DNA of 64,000 nt from positions 7,523 through 71,522 of the forward strand of contig JBILQE010000011.1 in NCBI GenBank assembly GCA_044373465.1. Reading direction: 5' to 3'. The stretch's first letter is position 1, and the number at the start of each line of letters is the position of its first letter. Below are positions 52,404 to 60,816 of this stretch, in pieces. This DNA comes from Akkermansiaceae bacterium. Its GTDB lineage: Bacteria > Verrucomicrobiota > Verrucomicrobiia > Verrucomicrobiales > Akkermansiaceae. Below the pieces are notes generated by a model. That model had not been told where the DNA came from. It ran no database searches and saw only the letters and a list, made by a program, of their open reading frames with translations. The translations under genes were made by a program, and so were the position numbers.

Positions 52404-53333
52404 TCAGAACTCCTTGCGGGCGAAGACAAACCACGAGAACACCGCGTAGATGGCGGTGTAGAAGAAGGCGATTCCGGTAAGGCTCGCGGTGACGCTCAAG
52501 GCGATGAATTTCCCCTCGATGGCGGCATCGACGACGTTGAACAACTGGAAGTCAGGGAAAACCAAGGTCATCGCCAGCGAGCCGACGCGTGCCAGCGGGC
52601 TTTGGCCGACCTCCGGGGAGGCGAGCCAGTAGTCGCGCGCCTCGGCCTGGAAGTTGCCGATGAAGTAGATGAGCGTGGTGGTGATGGTGGTGAAGAGGGT
52701 GCTGGTGGCGAAGGTGGAGATGAACAAGGCCACTGCGGCCACCACCGCGCCCTGGAGGAAAATCGCCCATACCCCGGCCTGCAGGCTGCCGGTCACCGCA
52801 TGCATCGCGACGCTGGTGCGGATCGACTCCTTGACCGCCTCCGACCAGCCGAGCTGGGTGGCGAGCGCCAGCTGGGTTTCGAGCACCCGGTGGGCGCGGA
52901 ACTGGAGCATCACGGACATGAGCAAGTCCATCAGCGCCAGCGACACGAAGATCAATGCCAGGACCCCGAGGAGCTTCCCGAGCAGGTAGTCGAGCCGCGG
53001 GACCGGCTTGGCGAGGATCGTGTAGAGCGTCCGGTCCTCGACGTCCTTGGGCAGCAAGAGCGCGGTGGCAACAATCGCGAAGATCACCGTGAAGAGCTTC
53101 ATGGTCCCCATCCCGGCGCTCTTGAGCATCCGCAACTGGTTCTCGATGAACGCTAGCGGCCCGGCATCCGGGGGCGCAAGCTGGGGCAGGATGAGGAAGT
53201 TGCTGGCAATGACGACGACCGCGAAGAAGGCGAGGAAGTAGAACACCTTCATGCGCACCAGCTGGGTGAAGGTGTGGCTGGCAATGACCGCGGTGCGGGC
53301 TGGGGAAAACAAGGGCGGGCGGGTGGCACTCAT
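52404..53333 (-). CDS. ABC-2 type transporter permease
   Basis: 309 aa with about 6 TM segments, and a 4-nt overlap with the upstream ATPase gene. The call rests on topology plus context. Confidence 0.7.
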   Translation of the reverse strand: MSATRPPLFSPARTAVIASHTFTQLVRMKVFYFLAFFAVVVIASNFLILPQLAPPDAGPLAFIENQLRMLKSAGMGTMKLFTVIFAIVATALLLPKDVEDRTLYTILAKPVPRLDYLLGKLLGVLALIFVSLALMDLLMSVMLQFRAHRVLETQLALATQLGWSEAVKESIRTSVAMHAVTGSLQAGVWAIFLQGAVVAAVALFISTFATSTLFTTITTTLIYFIGNFQAEARDYWLASPEVGQSPLARVGSLAMTLVFPDFQLFNVVDAAIEGKFIALSVTASLTGIAFFYTAIYAVFSWFVFARKEF

Positions 53334-54199
53334 CGGGGTTGGCTTTCGCTCTGGCGGGCAGCCTCGCGCAAAAACAGCCGCTCAAGGGTGCTGCGCGGCC
53401 GGCCGGTCTTCACCAGCCGGGTGGCCGGCTCGGCGGCCACCAGCGCATGGATCCGGGCGAGCAGTTCGGGCGGGGCGTTCTCAAGGATCAGCTCGGTCTG
53501 GTCCTCGATGGCGATGAGGTCGTCGAGCCGGCCTTCCTTGACCAATTGGCCATGGAAGATGATCCCGACCCGGTCGCAGACTTCCTGGACCTGCTCAAGC
53601 AGGTGGGAGCACAGAAACACCGTGATCCCGCGCTCGCGCAGCGAGAAAATCAAATCCCGGATCTGGCGCGAGCCGACCGGGTCGACGCCGGCAGTTGGCT
53701 CGTCGAGGATGACCAGCCGGGGGTCTTGGACAAGCGCCTGGGCCAGGCCGATGCGCTGCAACATCCCCTTGGAATAGCCGCCGAGCCGCCGGTCGCGCGC
53801 CGACTCGAGCCCGACGAGGGCGAGCAGCTCGTCGATCCGGGCACGCAGCGGCGCGCCGCGCAGCCCGCAGAGCCGGCCATAGAAGCGGATCGTCTCCGCG
53901 CCGGTGAGGTGCTTGTAGAAATACGGATTCTCCGGAAGAAACCCGACGTCGTTGCGCGAATCGACCTTGAGCGAGTCCCGTCCGAAGATCGCGCAGCTTC
54001 CCGACGTCGGCGCAACCAGCCCGAGCAGTGCCTTCATCGTCGTCGATTTCCCCGACCCGTTCGGGCCGATGAGCCCGTAAACCTCCCCGGCCTTGATCTC
54101 CAGACTCACCCCGTTGACCGCGCGCACCGGCAGGCGCCGGAAGGACGTCTTGAAATCCTTGACGAGGTTGTCGATTTTTACGGCGGGCGCGGCGGACAT
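53330..54199 (-). CDS. ABC transporter ATP-binding protein
   Basis: Walker [10 protein letters not shown], signature YSKGMLQR, Walker B LVILDEPTAGVD, H-loop CSHLL. Confidence 0.9.
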   Translation of the reverse strand: MSAAPAVKIDNLVKDFKTSFRRLPVRAVNGVSLEIKAGEVYGLIGPNGSGKSTTMKALLGLVAPTSGSCAIFGRDSLKVDSRNDVGFLPENPYFYKHLTGAETIRFYGRLCGLRGAPLRARIDELLALVGLESARDRRLGGYSKGMLQRIGLAQALVQDPRLVILDEPTAGVDPVGSRQIRDLIFSLRERGITVFLCSHLLEQVQEVCDRVGIIFHGQLVKEGRLDDLIAIEDQTELILENAPPELLARIHALVAAEPATRLVKTGRPRSTLERLFLREAARQSESQPR

Positions 54200-54285
54200 G
54201 GGCGGGTGGCGAGGCCCAGCATAGCCGCCGCCGGCCTCTCGTCCATGGGTTTTGGTGTCCCCACCGCCCGCCGGAAATAATAATC

Positions 54286-54315
54286 CCCCCGCCGCAGAAA
54301 TCTCCGGCAGGGGGA
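54286..54315 (-). terminator. Candidate rho-independent terminator after the Q/P-rich protein gene
   Basis: On the minus strand: CCCCCTGCCGG-agatttctg-CGGCGGGGGG followed by ATTATTATTTCC. The stem is about 9 bp with one mismatch, 30 nt downstream of the stop at 54347. Confidence 0.45.
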
Positions 54316-54346
54316 ATGTTTCAAGGAATCATGGATCCGGCGCCAA

Positions 54347-55834
54347 TCATTGCGGACCTTGCTGCAGCCCCTGATACGGCTCGCTCGGCACCTGCTGTTG
54401 CTGCTGTTGCTGCTGGCGCTGCTCGTGGTGTTGCGGGTGCATCATCCGCTGCGGCGGCTGCTGGGCGCGGGGCGGGCGGGGCAGCTGGGTCGACTCGCCG
54501 TCGACGCTTATTTGTTTGGCGACGAGGATCGACTTGCCGTCGATGAACTCGCGCTCGCCGCGCACCCGGACCTGTGAGTTGCTCTGAAGGTTGAGGTCTT
54601 CAAGGGTGGTGTCCTTGCCGAAGTCAACCACCACCGCGCTGCCGTCCTCCATCTCCAGCCTGACCAACAGGCTGTCCTGCCGCGCTTGGGCGAGGTCGAT
54701 CCGGCTCACGTCGGTGATCTTCCCGAAAACCTCGCGGCGCTGGTCGTCCCGGGCAATGTTGAATGACTGCTCGCCGGACTGGATCTGGTCGGCGATGACG
54801 ACCTTCTTGTTGTCGACCTGACCCTCGTGGCCACGGACCTGGATCTGCTGGCCTTGTTCCAGATCGATGTTTTCAAGGTCCATGCGCCGGCCGATGTCGA
54901 CGACCGACTCGCTGCCGTTCTCCAGGCGGATGCGCACCAGGGTGTGGTCCTGCCATAGCCCCGAGTCGTCGCGGATGCCCACCTCGCGGAACCCTTCAAT
55001 GCGCCCGTCCAGGGACACCTCGCGCAACTCCCCAGGCTGCTGGCGCTTCGCCTGCTGGTCGCCGCGCTGGCGCCTCCCCTCGCGCGCCTCCTTGGCTGGC
55101 TTCCCCGGCTTGGCCGGCTTGGACGCCTGCTGCGGCGCGGGCTGCGGCGCGGGCTGCGGCGCGGGCTGCGGCGCGGGCTGCACGCCTGATTGTTCGGCCT
55201 GGGGTTCGGCCTGCGGCTCCTGCTGTTGGACCGTGAACCGCTGGTCATCAGCCTGTTGCTGAAGCTGCTGGTGTTCGGCGGGGCTGAGCCGCTGGATTTT
55301 TTCCGGGTCGGCCACCGGCGGGATTTCGCCGCGCTGGAGCGCCTGGTAGTGCTCGGTGACGAGGTTGCGATCGATGATGATCCACGTCTGGGTCTGCGGG
55401 TCCCAGACATGGAAGGGCGCGCCGGTGCTCGGCGGGGTCGGCTTCCAGCTTTCCCGGCCCGCCTCGACCGGGGTCTTGAACCATGCCTCGCCCGAATGCC
55501 ACTGGCCTACCTCCGGCTCGTCGGTCGGGCGCACCTGCGGGCGCTCCCGGGCGGCTTCCCGGGCCGCTTGTTCAAGCCGCTCGGCGTTCTGGGCGCGCTC
55601 CGGGTTTTGAGGCGGGACGTCGCCGAATGGCTGTGCCACCGGCGGCTGGAATGGCTGGAATGGCTGGGCGGCTTCCTGGGATGGCTGGCGGCCAGGGTCG
55701 CCACCCGCGGTCTGGGCGCCGGCGGGTGCAAGCTGGATCACCAGGCCGGCGGCAACAAGGGACGCCAGACAGCGCGGGACGCGTGGCGTGAGCAGCGGGG
55801 CATGGACAAGCTGGGGGGTGTTTTTCATGTTCAT
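54347..55834 (-). CDS. Secreted Gln/Pro-rich protein with two copies of a roughly 80-aa beta-rich domain
   Basis: ORF trimmed to the ATG at 55834 (MNMKNTPQLV..., signal-like LASLVAAGLVIQLAPAGAQT). It contains (APQP)n and Q8 runs. The internal duplication is ...HTLVRIRLENGSESVVDIGRRMDLENIDLEQGQQIQVRGHEGQVDNKKVVIADQI versus SLLVRLEMEDGSAVVVDFGKDTTLEDLNLQSNSQVRVRGEREFIDGKSILVAKQI. Confidence 0.65.
   Translation of the reverse strand: MNMKNTPQLVHAPLLTPRVPRCLASLVAAGLVIQLAPAGAQTAGGDPGRQPSQEAAQPFQPFQPPVAQPFGDVPPQNPERAQNAERLEQAAREAARERPQVRPTDEPEVGQWHSGEAWFKTPVEAGRESWKPTPPSTGAPFHVWDPQTQTWIIIDRNLVTEHYQALQRGEIPPVADPEKIQRLSPAEHQQLQQQADDQRFTVQQQEPQAEPQAEQSGVQPAPQPAPQPAPQPAPQQASKPAKPGKPAKEAREGRRQRGDQQAKRQQPGELREVSLDGRIEGFREVGIRDDSGLWQDHTLVRIRLENGSESVVDIGRRMDLENIDLEQGQQIQVRGHEGQVDNKKVVIADQIQSGEQSFNIARDDQRREVFGKITDVSRIDLAQARQDSLLVRLEMEDGSAVVVDFGKDTTLEDLNLQSNSQVRVRGEREFIDGKSILVAKQISVDGESTQLPRPPRAQQPPQRMMHPQHHEQRQQQQQQQQVPSEPYQGLQQGPQ
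55131..55181. repeat. Perfect 12-bp tandem repeat (TGCGGCGCGGGC) x4.25 inside the CDS
   Basis: Read directly. It encodes APQPAPQPAPQPAPQ on the minus strand. Confidence 0.9.
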
Positions 55835-56198
55835 CGGGGGGTTTTCTGGAGGTGTTGGAAAGCTGGGCCCGCGCTCACCGTCGGGCGCCCTGGCGCGCGC
55901 GGCCGCCGCCCGTCTTGCTAGCCGCAGCGGCCATGCCAAACCCCCGCTCTAACACCCTCGCGGGGTTCACCAGCGACCCGCCATGGGCGCACCTCCAGAG
56001 ACATCCGCCCCCGCGCCGCGACCCGTGGCGACCCCGCCGGCGGGGCCCGCGGCGCCCGGCCGCGGCGCCGGGCCGCGGCATCCTGCGGCGCCCGCGCCGA
56101 TGTTAGGAGCAGATTGCACAGCCGCCCCCGGCGGGATTTCCTTTCTTGCCAACCGCCCGGAATCGCGGATGCTCGGCCCAACCCCTAACAAAAAAACA

Positions 56199-57020
56199 AT
56201 GCGTAACAAACTTATCGGTCTGCTCGGCGGACTTGTGGCGATTTTTGGCCTTAACTCGTGCTTGCAGAACGAGTCGGTGATGACCCTGAAGAAGGATGGC
56301 AGCGGCACGATCGTCGAGGAGACGGTGATGGGTGCGCAGGTCGTGGCGATGATGGAAGGGATGGGCGCGGCGGCCGGCGAGGGAGCCGCCGAGGGCGCAG
56401 CTCCCGATCCGCTTGCCGAACTCTATGACGAGGCGAAATACAAGGCCGCCGCGGCCGGCTACGGCGAGGGTGTCGAGTTTGTCAGCGTTGAGAAGGTCGC
56501 CCGGGATGGCGGCAAGGGAGTGAAGGTGACCTACAAGTTTGCCGACATCAACAAGGTGAAGTTCAACCCGGGCGGTTCGCTCCAGGAAATGGGCGGCGGC
56601 GAGGGCGAGGCGGCCGAGGGCGACAAGCCCAAGGAGGAACCGATCGGCTTCGTCTACGCCGGGGGCAAGCTGACCATCAAGTTCCCTGATCCGGAGAAGC
56701 CGGCCGCCGAGGAGGACACCGAGATGCCTGCCGAGGACGACCCGCAGGCGGCCATGGCCATGGCCATGATGAAGGACATGCGCATCTCCGCACGCCTCGT
56801 CGTCGAACCGGGCATCGCCAAGACCAATGCCACCTACGTCAAGGACAACGCCATCACCCTCGTCGACATCCGCTTCGGCGAACTGCTCGCCAACGAGGGC
56901 GGCATGAAGGTCATGAAGAAGCTTGAAACCAACGACCGCGCCGCCCTGGCCGCCGCCGTCAAGGGGCTCAAGGGCATCGAGCTTGAAACCCAGAAGGAAG
57001 TCAGCGTCGAGCTGAAGTAG
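56199..57020 (+). CDS. Lipoprotein (hypothetical, acidic)
   Basis: ORF 55983..57020 trimmed to the ATG at 56199. MRNKLIGLLGGLVAIFGLNSCLQ has a lipobox (L-N-S-C). No family recognised. Confidence 0.65.
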   Translation: MRNKLIGLLGGLVAIFGLNSCLQNESVMTLKKDGSGTIVEETVMGAQVVAMMEGMGAAAGEGAAEGAAPDPLAELYDEAKYKAAAAGYGEGVEFVSVEKVARDGGKGVKVTYKFADINKVKFNPGGSLQEMGGGEGEAAEGDKPKEEPIGFVYAGGKLTIKFPDPEKPAAEEDTEMPAEDDPQAAMAMAMMKDMRISARLVVEPGIAKTNATYVKDNAITLVDIRFGELLANEGGMKVMKKLETNDRAALAAAVKGLKGIELETQKEVSVELK

Positions 57021-57062
57021 CCGCCGCGCCGGCGGTGTTAGACCGCCCTGTTGGATGTTCCG

Positions 57063-57098
57063 GTCCCCGGGAGGCGCGCCTCCCGGGGACTTTTTTTT
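57063..57098 (+). terminator. Rho-independent terminator
   Basis: GTCCCCGGGAGG-cgcg-CCTCCCGGGGAC is a perfect 12-bp stem followed by T8, 43 nt after the stop at 57020. Confidence 0.88.
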
Positions 57099-57299
57099 GG
57101 CGCCCGGGGCGCCAGCATGTGGCTGTTAATCTATTGGTTGGTATGGCTGCTGCTAGGTTGGGCAGGCGCCGCGCGCGCTAACAGGAGGAAAAAAAGGTTT
57201 GCCGGGGGTCCGGCGGCTAAGTATCCACCCTGAGTCTTTTCAATTGCGGGCGGGCGACGACCCGTGGAACTCCCAACAAACTCCACCCAACCTAACATC

Positions 57300-57965
57300 A
57301 TGCTGCGGCCCCTCACCCTGTTGGCAGCCCTCGTAGGAGGCGCATTTTTGAGCTCATGCAGCAGCACGACCGGATCGAGCGTGCGGGTGATGTCGCGGGC
57401 GGACTCGACGCAGCTTGTCGGGTTGTTTGGCGGCGGTCAAACCGGGGCGGTGGGCCTTCCTGCGGAGCCCTCGGCGAAGGTGGCGAATGCGGCGGCGGGA
57501 TTGCCGCGGGACCGCCACGGGATGCCGCGCTACGCGCAGAGCGAGCGCAGTCGGCTGGTGCGGACGACGGCGTTTTCCTGCAAGGAGAACGAGCCGGGGG
57601 CCTACAAGAACCTCAACGCGACCGGCACGGAGCTGCGGTATACGAGCAACATCCGGAGCGCGGCGGCCGACTGGTCGCGCTATCCGCTGGGGACGAAGTT
57701 CAAGATCAAGGGGCTGCCGTACACCTACATCGTCGACGACTATGGGTCGGGGCTGGTGGGGGCTGGCACGCTCGACATTTACCACCCGTGCCTTGAGTCG
57801 ATGCGGGCGTGGGGGACGCGCAAGGCGGAGGTCACGGTGATCCAGTGGGGGTCGTTTGAGCGCAGCGCCGCGCTGCTGTCCCGCCGCCAACAGTATCCGC
57901 ACTGCCACGCGATGTACGCCGCGATCCTGCGCCAGCACGGGTCGCAGGTGGCGATGTCCCGGTAG
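57300..57965 (+). CDS. 3D-domain (RlpA/MltA-like double-psi beta-barrel) lipoprotein
   Basis: ATG at 57300. MLRPLTLLAALVGGAFLSSCSS has a lipobox. ...RTTAFSC......GAYKNLNATGTEL......AADWSRYPLGTKFKIKGLPYTYIVDDYGSGLVGAGTLDIY resembles 3D-domain proteins. Confidence 0.6.
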   Translation: MLRPLTLLAALVGGAFLSSCSSTTGSSVRVMSRADSTQLVGLFGGGQTGAVGLPAEPSAKVANAAAGLPRDRHGMPRYAQSERSRLVRTTAFSCKENEPGAYKNLNATGTELRYTSNIRSAAADWSRYPLGTKFKIKGLPYTYIVDDYGSGLVGAGTLDIYHPCLESMRAWGTRKAEVTVIQWGSFERSAALLSRRQQYPHCHAMYAAILRQHGSQVAMSR

Positions 57966-58068
57966 CGGCGGCGGAGTAACCGTTGGAGTTTTCAGCCAAC
58001 AGCTAACAGCTAACCGGTAACAGCCGTGGGCGCGCGGCTGGCCGGCGCGCCCACCACCACCTTGCTAG

Positions 58069-58740
58069 ATGAGGCGCCAGGAGCGAGCGCGGGTGGTAGC
58101 GGAGCGGCTTGAGGCGCTCTATCCGGAGACGCCGGTGCCGCTGGACCACCGGGACGCGTTCACGCTGTTGGTGGCGGTGTTGCTTTCGGCGCAGTGTACC
58201 GACGCGCGGGTGAACCTGGTGACGCCGGGGTTGTTTCGGCGGGCGGGGACGCCCGAAGAGATGCAGCGGGTGCCGGTTGGCGAGGTGTACGAGTTGATCC
58301 GGACGTGCGGGCTGGCGCCGCGCAAGGCGGCGGCGATTGTCGAGTTGTCGCGCTTGTTGGTTGAGCGGCACGGGGGCGAGGTGCCGGCGGATTTTGCGGC
58401 GCTTGAGGCGCTGCCGGGAGTCGGGCACAAGACCGCCTCGGTGGTGATGGCGCAGGCGTTTGGGGTGGCGGCGTTTCCGGTTGACACGCACATCCACCGG
58501 CTGGCGCGGCGCTGGCGGTTGAGCAGCGGGCGGAATGTGGAGACCACCGAAAAGGACCTCAAGGGGCTCTTTCCGCAGGCGAGCTGGAACCAGCTGCACC
58601 TGCGGATGATCTTTTGCGGGCGCGAGCACTGCACCGCGCGCGGGTGCGACGGGACAAAATGCATTCTTTGCCGGGAATTGTTTCCTGCCATTAGTACAAC
58701 GAAGCGTAGGAAACCCGCGGACGGGTCAGGAAGCCGGTGA
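58069..58740 (+). CDS. nth: Endonuclease III
   Basis: ...FTLLVAVLLSAQCTDARVN..., HhH LPGVGHKTASVVM, ...VDTHIHRL..., and a C-terminal 4-Cys cluster CTARGCDGTKCILC. Confidence 0.9.
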   Translation: MRRQERARVVAERLEALYPETPVPLDHRDAFTLLVAVLLSAQCTDARVNLVTPGLFRRAGTPEEMQRVPVGEVYELIRTCGLAPRKAAAIVELSRLLVERHGGEVPADFAALEALPGVGHKTASVVMAQAFGVAAFPVDTHIHRLARRWRLSSGRNVETTEKDLKGLFPQASWNQLHLRMIFCGREHCTARGCDGTKCILCRELFPAISTTKRRKPADGSGSR

Positions 58741-58858
58741 TTTCCTGACCGTGAGTGTCAAAACGCCCAGCGTAAAAGAACGCAGGAATTTATCAAAATC
58801 TTTCTTGTGATCCCGCGATGAATCCAGAGAATCGCCCGCTGTCTACACGAGTAATTCT

Positions 58859-59647
58859 ATGATCAAAAAACTTGCCACCCGAAGGACCCGCACTGCTTTG
58901 GTATCACTCGCCACCCTGGTGCTCGCCGCCCCAGCCGCCTTTGCGCAGGCCGCAACGAAAGCCTCGGAAAAGAGCGCGCTTCAAACCTACGTCATCGACG
59001 GTGGCCCGACGATGGTCTTCATCGGCATCGCGACCATGGCGCTGATCGCGCTGGCGGTTTACAACTACATCACCTTGAGCAAGGCGAAGTTCGTCCCCGA
59101 CGACCTGCGGGTGGCCCTGATGGACCACATGATCAATTGCCGGGTCCGCTCGGCCATCGAGCTCGCCTCATCGCACCCGAGCTACCTTGGGCGGATGGTC
59201 GCCTACTCGATGCCCAACATTGACGCGACCAGCCCGGACGACCTTGGGCGGGAAAACGTCGAGGACGCGATGGCCGACTTCTCGATCAACGAACAGCGGA
59301 AGAACATGATGTGGATCAACTACATCTCGCTCGTCGCCCAGGCCGCGCCGATGCTCGGGCTGCTTGGAACGGTGCTCGGGATGGTCGGCGCCTTCACGAC
59401 CTTGGCGGAATCCGGCCAGGCTGACCCGGGGATGCTGGCGGGCGACATTTCCGAAGCGTTGTTGACCACCCTGTGGGGTCTGATCACCGCGATTCCGGCG
59501 CTGTTGGCTTACTACTTCTTCAAGGCCCGCCTGGGCAACCTGACGGCCGACGCGCAGCACGCGGTTGAGGAGATGCTCAACGCCTCGATCCAGACGGTCA
59601 ACCAGGACGCTTACCTTGCTAAGATTCCTGAAGGGATTGCCGTTTAA
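58859..59647 (+). CDS. exbB: MotA/TolQ/ExbB proton-channel protein
   Basis: Signal/TM, then ...LVAQAAPMLGLLGTVLGMVGAF...ISEALLTTLWGLITAIPALLAYYFF, the ExbB/TolQ core. Confidence 0.85.
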   Translation: MIKKLATRRTRTALVSLATLVLAAPAAFAQAATKASEKSALQTYVIDGGPTMVFIGIATMALIALAVYNYITLSKAKFVPDDLRVALMDHMINCRVRSAIELASSHPSYLGRMVAYSMPNIDATSPDDLGRENVEDAMADFSINEQRKNMMWINYISLVAQAAPMLGLLGTVLGMVGAFTTLAESGQADPGMLAGDISEALLTTLWGLITAIPALLAYYFFKARLGNLTADAQHAVEEMLNASIQTVNQDAYLAKIPEGIAV

Positions 59648-59733
59648 GCCGCAACTGGAGGAGTCCCGCTTGCCGACGACGGCCGGCGGGATGCCTCCGG
59701 GAGGTTTTGAAAATCTATTAGCGTCCCAACGCC

Positions 59734-60180
59734 ATGGCAAAATCAGAGAAACTACGCTCGGCTCAGTCCGACACGGGTGATGAGTGCAAGCTGGACCTCT
59801 CGCCGATGATCGACATGGTCTTCCTGCTGCTGATCTTCTTCCTGGTCAACGCGACGATGATCGTGGTCAAAAAAGACCCGAAGGTGATCCCCGCGGTGGC
59901 CTCGAAGTCGCAGCCGGCGGAGGATGGGACTGGCCGGATCGTCATCAACGTGCGCGAGGACGGGACGTTCACCGATGAGAACGGTCAGACATTGCTCACC
60001 GAGGACGACATGCGCGCCTGGGTGCGGGTCCAGCGCGAGAAGGTCGACCTGAAGGGCAAGACGCCCAAGCTCCACCTGCGCGGCGACCGTGAAACGACCT
60101 TCAGCTTTGCCCGCAAGGCGATTCGCGCGGCGGCGGCCGAAGGCGTCAACCAGGTCGTGTTTGCCGTTTATCTGAAGTGA
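59734..60180 (+). CDS. exbD: ExbD/TolR family protein
   Basis: ...LDLSPMIDMVFLLLIFFLV... is the N-terminal TM, followed by a periplasmic domain. Confidence 0.85.
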   Translation: MAKSEKLRSAQSDTGDECKLDLSPMIDMVFLLLIFFLVNATMIVVKKDPKVIPAVASKSQPAEDGTGRIVINVREDGTFTDENGQTLLTEDDMRAWVRVQREKVDLKGKTPKLHLRGDRETTFSFARKAIRAAAAEGVNQVVFAVYLK

Positions 60181-60216
60181 TTTGAGCCAATCTAAACCCA
60201 TTCCGAACCCACCACT

Positions 60217-60678
60217 ATGGCACGCCGCAAGAGAGCCGAAGCACCGGAGGAAGATGAGCCAGCGTTGGACATCTCCTCGCTGATTGACGTCACGTTCCTG
60301 TTGTTGATCTACTTCTTGGTCACCACAACGATCGGGAAGAAAGAGACGGACTTGAACATGGCGCTGCCCGGGATAGCGACCGAGGGCAAGAAGACCGACA
60401 TCGCCCCGATGTTCATCAAGCTGGATAATTCCGGCGCGGTTTTCACCGGCGCTGGTGGCAACGAGCAGGCGCTCGACACCAACACCGCCAGCCACGACCT
60501 GCCGCAGCTCAGCGCGCAGCTGCAGATCTACGCGGCGGCCTCGCTGGCGACGGCATCGACGCCGCTGGTGCAGGTGTATGTTGAGCCGAACGCGAAGCAG
60601 CAGCGGGTGGTTGACGTGCTCAATGCTCTGGCTGGAGCAAAGATCACGACCATCACGTTCACCGATCTGGTCGAGTAA
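60217..60678 (+). CDS. exbD: ExbD/TolR family protein (second copy)
   Basis: ...LDISSLIDVTFLLLIYFLV..., then a periplasmic domain. Confidence 0.85.
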   Translation: MARRKRAEAPEEDEPALDISSLIDVTFLLLIYFLVTTTIGKKETDLNMALPGIATEGKKTDIAPMFIKLDNSGAVFTGAGGNEQALDTNTASHDLPQLSAQLQIYAAASLATASTPLVQVYVEPNAKQQRVVDVLNALAGAKITTITFTDLVE

Positions 60679-60816
60679 GCTTTAGCAGCCAACGGGAGCT
60701 ATGGGAGCTTGGCGCTTGGCCCGGCTCCGTTGAACCTTCCCCGGTGGGCGGACCCGCCGCAGTTCCACGATTGCCTCCGCACGAGGAAACCCGATTTTCA
60801 ACTCTCCAAAAACCCG

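Noticed and set aside
58725-58749. Hairpin GTCAGGAA-gccggtgat-TTCCTGAC overlapping the nth stop, considered as a terminator.
   Set aside because: No T-tract follows it, and the stem is short and includes coding sequence. This is insufficient evidence.
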